This document shows positions 18,581 through 26,379 of a stretch of 33,655 bases of DNA, piece after piece. Position 1 is the first letter of the stretch, and every line of letters begins with the position of its first letter. The stretch covers positions 1-33,655 of the forward strand of contig CALLYQ010000217.1 in the NCBI GenBank assembly GCA_937858875.1, written 5' to 3'. Position numbers and translations under genes: made by a program. The stretch is from an uncultured Lautropia sp. (GTDB lineage Bacteria; Pseudomonadota; Gammaproteobacteria; Burkholderiales; Burkholderiaceae_E). The notes below the pieces were generated by a model that saw nothing but the letters and a program-made list of their open reading frames with translations, was not told the DNA's origin and made no database searches.

Positions 18581-19632
18581 CAGGCCCCCCGGGCGGCGAG
18601 GCGGCGTGCCCGCCCCTGCAGCCAGCGCCCGAAGCCCGCGACGAACCCGGCCGGTACGAACAGCACCGTCACAAGCAGCAACAGACCCATCAGGATCAGC
18701 GCGTACTGCTGGCTGTAGACGGTGAGGGCCTGGAAGCCCAGCAGCAGCATGAAGGTGCCGAGCAGCGTAGCGGTCAGGTCGCCGCGCCCGCTGAAGGCGA
18801 CCCAGATGATCGGCAATGCCGCAGACGGCAAGCCCATCGTTGCCGGCGTTATGAACTGCCCCCACGCGGTGTACAGAGCGCCGCTGACTCCCGCCAGCGC
18901 GCTGCCGATGACAAAGACAGCGAGCTGGTATCTGCGTACGTCGTAGCCGAGCAACTCGGCGCGCAGCGGATCCTCGCGGATGGCCACCAGCACGTTGCCG
19001 AAGCGACCGTTGACCAGCACCCGCAGGCCGAGGTAGACGGCAAGCAGCAATAGCAAGACCGCGTAGTACAGCACGGTGCCCTCGAGCAGGACCGGCCCAC
19101 CGAACCAGGGCAACTCGAGAGGTGGCATCCCGCCCATCCCGTTGAAGCCGTTGAAGCGTGCGGATCCGATCCGCCATTCCGGGCCGGCTGTCTGACCCAT
19201 GAAGGCAGCCAGCGCCAGCGTCGTTGCGAAGGTCACGATGCCGAAGTACACCCCACCGACGCGGCCATAGATCATGAAGTAACCGAGCACCGCGGCAAAC
19301 AGCGCCGACACGGCCACCGCTGTCGCGAAGGAAAGCAGCGTGAGTCCGCCGGTCGCGTCCAGGTTGATCGAGATGACACCGTAGCTGTAGCCGGCCGCCC
19401 CGAAGAAGGCCATCTGTCCGAAGGAGAGAATGCCGGTATAGCCCCACATCAGTGACAGGCCGAGCGCGGCGAAGACCCAGATCAGGAAGTAAGCGGCATT
19501 TCCGACGTCGTACGGGTCGAAGCCCAGTGGGTAGGCGAGAGCTGCGACGACGAGCACGGCGAACCCGCTCCAGAACGCGGGCCCGTTGCCCATCGTCTGC
19601 GGCCCGTTCAGATGGCGCAAGCTGGAGAGCAT
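18580..19632 (-). CDS. ABC permease (LivM/UrtC-like)
   Basis: WGYTGILSFGQ and GNVLVAIREDPLRAELLGY; multiple TM helices. Confidence 0.9.
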   Translation of the reverse strand: MLSSLRHLNGPQTMGNGPAFWSGFAVLVVAALAYPLGFDPYDVGNAAYFLIWVFAALGLSLMWGYTGILSFGQMAFFGAAGYSYGVISINLDATGGLTLLSFATAVAVSALFAAVLGYFMIYGRVGGVYFGIVTFATTLALAAFMGQTAGPEWRIGSARFNGFNGMGGMPPLELPWFGGPVLLEGTVLYYAVLLLLLAVYLGLRVLVNGRFGNVLVAIREDPLRAELLGYDVRRYQLAVFVIGSALAGVSGALYTAWGQFITPATMGLPSAALPIIWVAFSGRGDLTATLLGTFMLLLGFQALTVYSQQYALILMGLLLLVTVLFVPAGFVAGFGRWLQGRARRLAARGA

Positions 19633-19642
19633 CGTGTCCGCC

Positions 19643-20509
19643 TCAGCGGGAACGGCGGGCGAGCCAGCCCGACACGCCTTCAGGAAGTACCCGGATCACT
19701 AGGATCACCGCGATCAGCATACCGATCTGGCCGATGATCTGACCCTGCCACGCATTGAGCGCGGTGCGGATCACGCCCAGCACCACCGCTGCGGGGACCG
19801 TCCCAAGCAGGACATTGGACCCGCCGACAACCACGGTCACGAAGGCCTCGACGATGAAGGTCACGCCCATGGTCGGGATCAGCGTCATCGTCGGCGCGTA
19901 CAGCGCGCCGCACAGGCCTGCAAGCGCGGCACCGATTCCGAAGCTTGCCGCATAAATGCGCGGCGTGCGCACGCCGAGCGCACGGGCCATTCGCGGGTTC
20001 TGGATCGTGGCGCGCGAGAGCACGCCGAACGAAGTCTTCATGTAGAGAAGATACAGGCCCGCCATGACGAGGACCGCGGCGAGAAACAACCAGAGCCGGT
20101 ATGTCGAGAACGTGTACTCGCCGACCTGGAAACTGCCGGCCGGGGTGCCGATGCCGGGCCAAGTCGATCCGATCGTGACCAGCATTCCCTGCGTGACGAT
20201 CAAGCTGATTCCCCAGGTGGCCAGGATCGAGTCGAGCGGCCGGTCGTAGAGTCGATAGATGACCGTGCGCTCGAGCACGATGCCGATGAGCCCGGCCGCC
20301 AGCGCGCCGAGCGCCTGCGCTATCGGCAGCGGCAACCCGTGCTGGACGCCGATCACGGTGACGTAGATGCCGCAGGTGATGAATTCGCCGTGCGCGAGGT
20401 TGATGATCCCCATCATGCCGAAGATGATGGCCAGCCCTGCAGCGGACAGGATCAGGAAGGCGAAGACGTCGGCGAACTGATAGGCAATCGAGAACAACTC
20501 GGCGAACAT
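19643..20509 (-). CDS. ABC permease (LivH/UrtB-like, ~288 aa)
   Basis: GLAIIFGMMGIINLAHGEF, LYDRPLDSILATWGISL and RATIQNPRMARALGV. Start re-called to ATG 20509. Confidence 0.9.
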   Translation of the reverse strand: MFAELFSIAYQFADVFAFLILSAAGLAIIFGMMGIINLAHGEFITCGIYVTVIGVQHGLPLPIAQALGALAAGLIGIVLERTVIYRLYDRPLDSILATWGISLIVTQGMLVTIGSTWPGIGTPAGSFQVGEYTFSTYRLWLFLAAVLVMAGLYLLYMKTSFGVLSRATIQNPRMARALGVRTPRIYAASFGIGAALAGLCGALYAPTMTLIPTMGVTFIVEAFVTVVVGGSNVLLGTVPAAVVLGVIRTALNAWQGQIIGQIGMLIAVILVIRVLPEGVSGWLARRSR

Positions 20510-20569
20510 CGGCGGTCCCGTGACAAGCGTTCTTGTTCGAGGAGGCGGGGATGCAGCCGGTGCACCCTG

Positions 20570-20599
20570 TCGGGCGGCTGCCTTCCTGGCGCCGCCCGA
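20570..20599. other. Intergenic stem-loop downstream of the substrate-binding protein gene
   Basis: TCGGGCGGC (20570-20578) pairs with GCCGCCCGA (20591-20599). No U-tract. Position is typical of mRNA-stabilising hairpins in ABC operons. Confidence 0.5.
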
Positions 20600-20626
20600 A
20601 ACAGTCACCGCAGGCGCAGCCTTCGC

Positions 20627-21871
20627 TCAGTTCTTCTTGGGCAGGTTCGACGGCGAATACTGCTGCTTCGGATCGTGCCTGGTCAGGTCGCAACCCACCT
20701 CGCCGAGCCAGTAGGGCTGAATGTCGCCGAAATCCTTGATCACTTCGACCGAATGATCCGCCTTCACGCGGATCATTCGCATCCGATGCGAGGTGTGCTG
20801 GCTCTTCGGGTCGATGCAGATTCGCCCTTCAGGTGCATCGATGCAAGCCTGCCCGGTGGCGATGACCTTGCGGATCTCGGCCTTGTCGGTGGACTTCGCC
20901 GCTTCGGCGAGCATCTTGTACATGTTGATCGCCACATAGGCGTTGTAACCCATGTCGTTGATATAGGTCTCATCGGGGAACTTGGCACGCCAGCGCTTCT
21001 TGAAGTCTTCTGCTTCGGGCGTGTCGATCTCCTCGAACCAGTTGGCGACCGCATGCATGTTCTCGAGTGCCGGCGGGTTGAAGCGCTTGTGCTCGAAGCC
21101 CAGCATCACCTTGATCGGGCTGGCCATCGGCAGCCCGAGCTTGGCGGCAGCGGCCTGCTCGAAGAACGAATCCTGTGCAGCGCCGACGTTCAGCATCATC
21201 AGCCAGTCGGGTCTGGCCTTCTGGATGTTCTGGATCGTCTGGCTGAACTGCGAAACGCCGAGCGGAATGAACTCCTGCCCGATGACCTCGCCGCCTGGCT
21301 TCTTCAACAGATCGCGCGTCCATTCCGCGGTCAGCTGGCCGAAGTTGTAGTCGGCGGCCACCGTATAAACCTTCTTGCCGTGTTGTTCGACCATCCAAGG
21401 GATCAGCGTGGACAGCTGCTGCTCCGGAACCGCCCCGACACTGATCATGTTGCCGTCGCAGACGCCGCCTTCATACTGGTTCGTGTAGAAGTAGAGCTTG
21501 TCGGCGCGATTGACGATCGGGCGAAGTGCCTCGCGCGCGGCGCTCGTGATGCCGCCGATCAGCACATCGACCTTGTCGCGCTGGATCAGGCGACGTGCGA
21601 ACTCCTGATAGCGCGCGTTGTCGCCCTGCGGATCGAGATGAATCAACTCGACCTGCCGTCCCAGGATTCCGCCCTTGGCGTTGATCTCCTCGACGGCCAA
21701 CTGCGAGCCATGCAGTTTCGGCAGGCCCATCGAGGCCAGGTCGCCCGAGATGTCCTCGAGCAGCCCGATCTTGATCTTGTCCTGGGCGTGCGCGTGCGGA
21801 ACCACCGCGGTACCCAAGGTCAGCGCGGCAAATCCCGCCAGCAGCGCCATCGTCACTCCATTCCTGCGCAT
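20627..21871 (-). CDS. Urea/short-chain amide ABC substrate-binding protein (UrtA/FmdD-like)
   Basis: Sec signal ending AHA-Q, INAKGGILGRQVEL, SAAREALRP, YTNQYEGG and ADYNFG. AAGGAG RBS. Confidence 0.9.
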   Translation of the reverse strand: MRRNGVTMALLAGFAALTLGTAVVPHAHAQDKIKIGLLEDISGDLASMGLPKLHGSQLAVEEINAKGGILGRQVELIHLDPQGDNARYQEFARRLIQRDKVDVLIGGITSAAREALRPIVNRADKLYFYTNQYEGGVCDGNMISVGAVPEQQLSTLIPWMVEQHGKKVYTVAADYNFGQLTAEWTRDLLKKPGGEVIGQEFIPLGVSQFSQTIQNIQKARPDWLMMLNVGAAQDSFFEQAAAAKLGLPMASPIKVMLGFEHKRFNPPALENMHAVANWFEEIDTPEAEDFKKRWRAKFPDETYINDMGYNAYVAINMYKMLAEAAKSTDKAEIRKVIATGQACIDAPEGRICIDPKSQHTSHRMRMIRVKADHSVEVIKDFGDIQPYWLGEVGCDLTRHDPKQQYSPSNLPKKN

Positions 21872-21917
21872 CGTCGGTACTCCTTGCTTGCAGAAGAGGC
21901 GCCGGCGGCGCCTTCGG

Positions 21918-23339
21918 TCAAAGATCCGGTTGCTTCAGATGGTGGCCCGTCGACGCCTGATAGGCAGCTCCAGCCCGGAACAGCGCAGCCTCGTCGAAAG
22001 GCTTGCCGATCAACTGCATTCCGATGGGCAGGCCATCGGGATCGAAACCACAAGGCACGTTCAGCGAGGGCAATCCGGTCAGGCTGGGAACGCCGGTGAA
22101 CTGCATGATTGCCGACAGCATGTCCTCTTCGACGCCCCCTTCGATGACCACCTTCATCTCCCCGACTCGCGTCGCGGTGAAAGGCAGGGTCGGGCATACG
22201 AACAGATCCACGGACCGGAAAGCCTCCATGAACTCGTTACGCAGCAAAGTGCGGTAGCGCTGCGCCTGGATGTAATGCGTGGCCAACAGAAGCTCGCCGA
22301 CCTCGAGCAGTGTGCGTACATCGTCGCCGTAGTCGTCGGGCCGCTCGCGCAGCCAACGCTGGTGGTAGGCACTGGGCTCGGCAGCTTCGATCGTCAGTTG
22401 CGCCGAGATGTTCCCGTGTATGTTGGCGATGTCGATCTCGACGAGCCGAGCCCCCAGAGACACCAGCGTATCGAGCGCGTCCTTGACCGCATCGCGTACC
22501 GGCGCTTGCAGGTGGTCGAAGAAGTATCCGGAGACGATGCCGATGCGCAGCCCCTCTATTCCGTCATCCAGGCCCAACAGATAGTCAGGCACCGGATGGC
22601 GCGCCGTTGTCGGATCGTTCGGATCGTGCCCGGCGATCGCGCCGAACATCAACGCGCAATCTTCCACCGTGCGCGTCATCGGCCCCGCGGTGTCCATGCT
22701 CCATGCGAGCGGGACGATGCCGTGATTGCTGACACGGCCGTAAGTCGGTCGGATGCCCACCAAGCCGTTGACTGCCGACGGCAGGCGAATCGAGCCGCCG
22801 GTGTCCGTACCGATCGCGCCGAAGCAGGTTCTGGCCGCCACCGCCGCGCCGGAGCCCCCGCTCGATCCGGCCGGGAAGCGTTCGGGGTTCCAAGGGTTCC
22901 GAACGGTGCCGTAGTGCGGATTGGCAGAGGTCCCGCCCCAGGCGAACTCATGCAGGTTCGTCTTTCCGATCAGGATGGCGCCCGCACGCCGGAGCCGGTT
23001 GGTTACCGTGGCATCGTGCGCAGGGATCCAGTCGGCGAGAATCTTGCTGCCCGCAGTCGTGCGTGTGCCGCGGACCGCCACGTTGTCCTTCAGCGCGACG
23101 GGGATCCCATGCAGCGGGCCAAGGTCGTGACCGACCGAGCACATGATTTCCGCCGCCTGCGCGACCTGCCGGGCTTCGTCGGCGAATACCGAGATGTACG
23201 CCGACAGCGTCGGATCGACGGCCTCGATCCGGCTCAACGAGGCTTCGACCAGCTCGACCGGCGAGACTTCGCCAGCCTTGACGCGGCGGGCTGCATCGGC
23301 GAGCGTCAGCTGGCTAAGTTCGCGCTGCGAGGCGTTCAT
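21918..23339 (-). CDS. Amidase-signature family enzyme (GatA/AtzE-like)
   Basis: Ser-cisSer-Lys triad in [21 protein letters not shown] and [12 protein letters not shown]; [10 protein letters not shown] near the C-terminus. Confidence 0.92.
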   Translation of the reverse strand: MNASQRELSQLTLADAARRVKAGEVSPVELVEASLSRIEAVDPTLSAYISVFADEARQVAQAAEIMCSVGHDLGPLHGIPVALKDNVAVRGTRTTAGSKILADWIPAHDATVTNRLRRAGAILIGKTNLHEFAWGGTSANPHYGTVRNPWNPERFPAGSSGGSGAAVAARTCFGAIGTDTGGSIRLPSAVNGLVGIRPTYGRVSNHGIVPLAWSMDTAGPMTRTVEDCALMFGAIAGHDPNDPTTARHPVPDYLLGLDDGIEGLRIGIVSGYFFDHLQAPVRDAVKDALDTLVSLGARLVEIDIANIHGNISAQLTIEAAEPSAYHQRWLRERPDDYGDDVRTLLEVGELLLATHYIQAQRYRTLLRNEFMEAFRSVDLFVCPTLPFTATRVGEMKVVIEGGVEEDMLSAIMQFTGVPSLTGLPSLNVPCGFDPDGLPIGMQLIGKPFDEAALFRAGAAYQASTGHHLKQPDL

Positions 23340-23342
23340 CTG

Positions 23343-23564
23343 TCACTCCTCATGCTCGGCAGCGGACGCGTGCACAAGGATCGTCGCGGGCACCAGCTCC
23401 CGGTGCCCGGGTGCGCCCATCTTCGAATTCAGTGCGTTCGCGTCGGGCAACCAGGCGTCGAGAACCGCGGCCACCCGGGCTTCGCGCTCCGGTGGCAGCG
23501 TCAATCCCGCGCAGGCTGCCAACAGGCGCACGCGCGCCGCGCCGCACATCGCATCCTCGCTCAT
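23343..23564 (-). CDS. Small protein (73 aa), putative GatC/AtzG-like amidase accessory subunit
   Basis: GAGGAG RBS. Stop lies 3 nt before the amidase ATG. Pattern VRLLA..AGL.LP.ER...V...L...L and ELVPA resembles GatC/AtzG-type small subunits. Confidence 0.65.
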   Translation of the reverse strand: MSEDAMCGAARVRLLAACAGLTLPPEREARVAAVLDAWLPDANALNSKMGAPGHRELVPATILVHASAAEHEE

Positions 23565-23597
23565 CCCTCGCTCCTCACCTGCGCATGTCCCGCCGGC

Positions 23598-23638
23598 CGG
23601 CGTCCGCTTCGCGATGACGCTGCCCGCGACGGACGCCG
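23598..23638. other. Intergenic stem-loop between the formamidase and small-subunit genes
   Basis: CGGCGTCCG(CT)TCGCG pairs with CGCGA-CGGACGCCG: 14-bp stem with a 2-nt bulge and an 11-nt loop. Confidence 0.5.
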
Positions 23639-23665
23639 AACGGCTATCGCGGGCGCACGCCCGAC

Positions 23666-24664
23666 TCAGGTCGCCGGCGCCAGATATTTCTTGTCGATGC
23701 CGGCCCCGACCGTGTACTTAGGGTCGACGACGTTGCCCAGCCGAACGATTCCGCACTGGCTCAGCATCATGTAGGCGTCCCAGCGGTCGAAGCCATAGTC
23801 GGCTTCCATCCACTTGACGAGCTCCGCATAGGCGATGCGCGTGGCGTCTTCCAGCGGCCTCGTGCTTCCGATCGCCATGATGGTTCGCTCGGTTTCCAGC
23901 CGCGGCCACTCGAGCGTCCAGCCCTTGATCAGGTCCACGCGGATCGTCGTGACGCTCGCGAACTCGACGGCCGTGCCGCAGATCTCGCCGTCACCCTGGC
24001 AGGCGTGCGCGTCGCCGATGAACAGCCGCGCGCCTTCGGTGCGAACCGGCAGGTAGGTGATGCTGCCCGGCCCCATGTCGGGCAGGTCCATGTTGCCGCC
24101 GTGATTGTCCGGCGTCAGCGAATTGATCGAATCGATCTCCGGCGAGGTCGACAAGGTGCCGATGTGCGGGCGGTACGGCAGCGTCACCCGCTTGCTCCAG
24201 TACACCCCTTTCTCGTCGATGTCGATCTTGCGCACCAGTTCCGGGAGCGGCTCGTTCAGCGTCGCGGTCAGCGCTGTATTCGTCAGCCCGCCGAAGAACG
24301 GAATCATCGCGCAGGTACCGCGCGGGTTCGCTCCGCGCGGCTTCATCGATTCGATGTAAACCGCCACCGCATCGCCGGGCTCGGCGCCCTCGATCATGAT
24401 CGGGCCGTTCTGCGGATTTGCGAACGGCATGCGCAGCACCTTCGACGGCAGGTCCTGCTCGGTCTTGACGGCACCGCCGAAGGCGTCGCGCGTCTCCACG
24501 ACGACCCGGTCGCCGGGCCGGATCGTCAGCACCGGCTCCGAGTACGGACCCATCGTGAAGTGATAGGTCCCCTGCCTGGCCTCGGTGAGCTCATGCGTGT
24601 CGCCGACGTGGCCGCCCGCGACACCGCGGGCGTTCATGATCGATTGCCCGAGCCACTGTTGCAA
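23666..24664 (-). CDS. Acetamidase/formamidase (FmdA/AmdA) family protein (~332 aa)
   Basis: NPQNGPI.IEGAEPGD, HGGNMD, GDAHACQGDGEICGTA and DAYMMLS. Start re-called to TTG 24664, which has GGGAG 7 nt upstream and does not overlap the preceding amidase. Confidence 0.88.
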   Translation of the reverse strand: MQQWLGQSIMNARGVAGGHVGDTHELTEARQGTYHFTMGPYSEPVLTIRPGDRVVVETRDAFGGAVKTEQDLPSKVLRMPFANPQNGPIMIEGAEPGDAVAVYIESMKPRGANPRGTCAMIPFFGGLTNTALTATLNEPLPELVRKIDIDEKGVYWSKRVTLPYRPHIGTLSTSPEIDSINSLTPDNHGGNMDLPDMGPGSITYLPVRTEGARLFIGDAHACQGDGEICGTAVEFASVTTIRVDLIKGWTLEWPRLETERTIMAIGSTRPLEDATRIAYAELVKWMEADYGFDRWDAYMMLSQCGIVRLGNVVDPKYTVGAGIDKKYLAPAT

Positions 24665-24678
24665 TTTCTGTCTCCCGT

Positions 24679-26082
24679 TCAGAGCGTCGGGTGGCGACGA
24701 TGCCAATCGGTGGCGCCTTGATAGGCGTGGGCGGCTCGCACCAGCAGCGCCTCGTCGAGGTGCCGGCCGACGAGCTGGAAGCCGATCGGCAGGTTGCCCG
24801 TCGTGAATCCGCCCGGGATCGTGATCGTCGGGCTGCCGGACATATCGAAGGGCGCCGTGAAGCGCAGCACGTCGTCGATGCCGTTCGGCGTCTTGAAGAT
24901 CTGGTCGAGGTCCGCGGCCGACGGGTTTCCGAACGGATGCACTGGCACCAGCAGCAGATCGATCTCCCGGAACAGCTTGCGCAGTTCACCGTTGAAGACC
25001 AGTCGATCGTGGAAGATGTGCATCAGATCGAGCGAGCCGAGGCTTCGCCCGAGTTCGATCAGGTCGGCCAGCACCGGTCCGTATTCGGCCTTGCGTGCCG
25101 GGTAGAACTGCTCGTGGGCCACGGCGGTTTCGACTGCGCAAAACTTCGCCCAGTCCTTGTACATCGCCGCGGTCTTCGACGGCATCGAGATCTCGACGAG
25201 CTTGGCGCCGAGATCGGCCAATACCCTGCGCGCGTCGTCGAGCACCCGCGTCGTGTCCTCGTTGGACGCGTCGTAGACGTAGCGCGGGTCCAAGCCGATG
25301 CGCAGACCGCGAATGCCCTGATCGATGCCGGCCAGGCAGTCGGGCACCGGCTCGTCGAGGGTCGTCGGGTCGTTCGGATCGCTGCCCGCCATTGCCGAGA
25401 ACATCGCCCCGGCATCGGCGGCCGAACGGGTCATCGGGCCGAGGTGATCGAGGCTGGTGGCCAGCGCCTGCACGCGGTAGCGGCTGATCCGCCCCCAGGT
25501 CGGCTTCAGCCCCGTAAGTCCGTTGGCGCCCGAGGGGAAGCGGATCGAGCCGCCCGTATCGGTGCCGATCGCGCCGTACGCCAAACCCGCCGCCACCGAA
25601 ACGCCGGAGCCGCTCGACGACACGCCGGGCCAATGGTCTGCATGAAACGGGTTGACGGGTGGGGCGACCTCCGGGTGATGCACCGAGAACGCCCCTTCGG
25701 TCATCTGCAGCTTTCCAAGCATGACCGCACCGGCATCCTCCAGCTTGCGAACGGCCGTGCTGTCACCGTCGGGCACGTAGTCCTTCAGGATCTTCGTGCC
25801 CCAGGTCGTCTTTACGTCCTTGGTCTCGCACAGATCCTTGATCGCGACCGGAATGCCGTGCATCGGGCCACGGTCCTTGCCGGCGGCGAAATCGGCTTCC
25901 GCCTGCCGAGCCTGCTTCAAGGCAATCTCGGGAGTCACCGTGACATAGCTGTGCAGTCTCGAATCGAGCTTCTCGATGCGCTCGAGCATCGCTTTGGTGA
26001 CTTCGACTGGCGACAGCTCCTTGCTGCGATAGGCATCGGCAAGCTCGCTCATCGTGGCAAAGGGAAGATCGGTCACGGGCAT
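24679..26082 (-). CDS. Amidase-signature family enzyme (first gene of the operon)
   Basis: [30 protein letters not shown] and GLKPTWGR. AAGGAG RBS. Confidence 0.92.
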   Translation of the reverse strand: MPVTDLPFATMSELADAYRSKELSPVEVTKAMLERIEKLDSRLHSYVTVTPEIALKQARQAEADFAAGKDRGPMHGIPVAIKDLCETKDVKTTWGTKILKDYVPDGDSTAVRKLEDAGAVMLGKLQMTEGAFSVHHPEVAPPVNPFHADHWPGVSSSGSGVSVAAGLAYGAIGTDTGGSIRFPSGANGLTGLKPTWGRISRYRVQALATSLDHLGPMTRSAADAGAMFSAMAGSDPNDPTTLDEPVPDCLAGIDQGIRGLRIGLDPRYVYDASNEDTTRVLDDARRVLADLGAKLVEISMPSKTAAMYKDWAKFCAVETAVAHEQFYPARKAEYGPVLADLIELGRSLGSLDLMHIFHDRLVFNGELRKLFREIDLLLVPVHPFGNPSAADLDQIFKTPNGIDDVLRFTAPFDMSGSPTITIPGGFTTGNLPIGFQLVGRHLDEALLVRAAHAYQGATDWHRRHPTL

Positions 26083-26146
26083 CTCAAGTCTCCTTCGATG
26101 AGGTGTATGCGGCGCCCGGCAAGCAAGCCGAGCCGCGGTCGTCCGA

Positions 26147-26166
26147 ATTGTTGCTTGGGAAACTAT
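26147..26166. promoter_or_regulatory. Putative operator ATTGTTGCTTGGGAAACTAT
   Basis: Imperfect dyad; its 18-bp core matches the 11412 palindrome at 13/18 positions. Lies at the expected start site of the amidase operon. Confidence 0.68.
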
Positions 26167-26171
26167 TACCG

Positions 26172-26200
26172 ATGCTAGGACGCTCGGCCCGCGCCGTCAA
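26172..26200 (-). promoter_or_regulatory. Putative sigma70 promoter of the amidase operon
   Basis: Minus strand: TTGACG (26200-26195), 17-nt spacer, TAGCAT (26177-26172). Confidence 0.65.
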
Positions 26201-26379
26201 GCAGAGCATCGGCGCTCCGGTATCGATTCCAGCAGAAACAATCCCCCTGAGCATTGCCTTCCGGGACCGCGGCTTGCACAGCCGGCCCCGCCGCACCGGC
26301 TCGCCTCGGCTCCGCCGGCGATCCTCGGCGCGCCCCGCCGGACAGATGTCCGCGGGAAACCAGCCGGTCGAATACATCC

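Noticed and set aside
17858-19447. 529-aa ORF (apparent permease-ATPase fusion or frameshift)
   Set aside because: Permease and ATPase are each intact and joined by a normal TGATG overlap at 18580.
17155-21871. Calling the importer urtABCDE (urea transporter)
   Set aside because: Family resemblance is clear, but no urease genes are adjacent and substrate cannot be read from sequence.
21918-23564. gatC-gatA of the Glu-tRNA amidotransferase
   Set aside because: No gatB follows and the context is catabolic and transport genes, so gene symbols were withheld.
26136-26145. CGG-ACGA-CCG mini-hairpin in the amidase operon leader (minus strand), like a guanidine-II riboswitch loop
   Set aside because: Guanidine-II needs two ACGR-capped hairpins. 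Only one 3-bp stem is present. An Rfam/Infernal search would settle it.
26223-26242. Possible fourth operator (cgattccagcagaaacaat) upstream of the amidase promoter
   Set aside because: Only the right half-site (GAAACAAT) matches. The left half and spacing do not fit.
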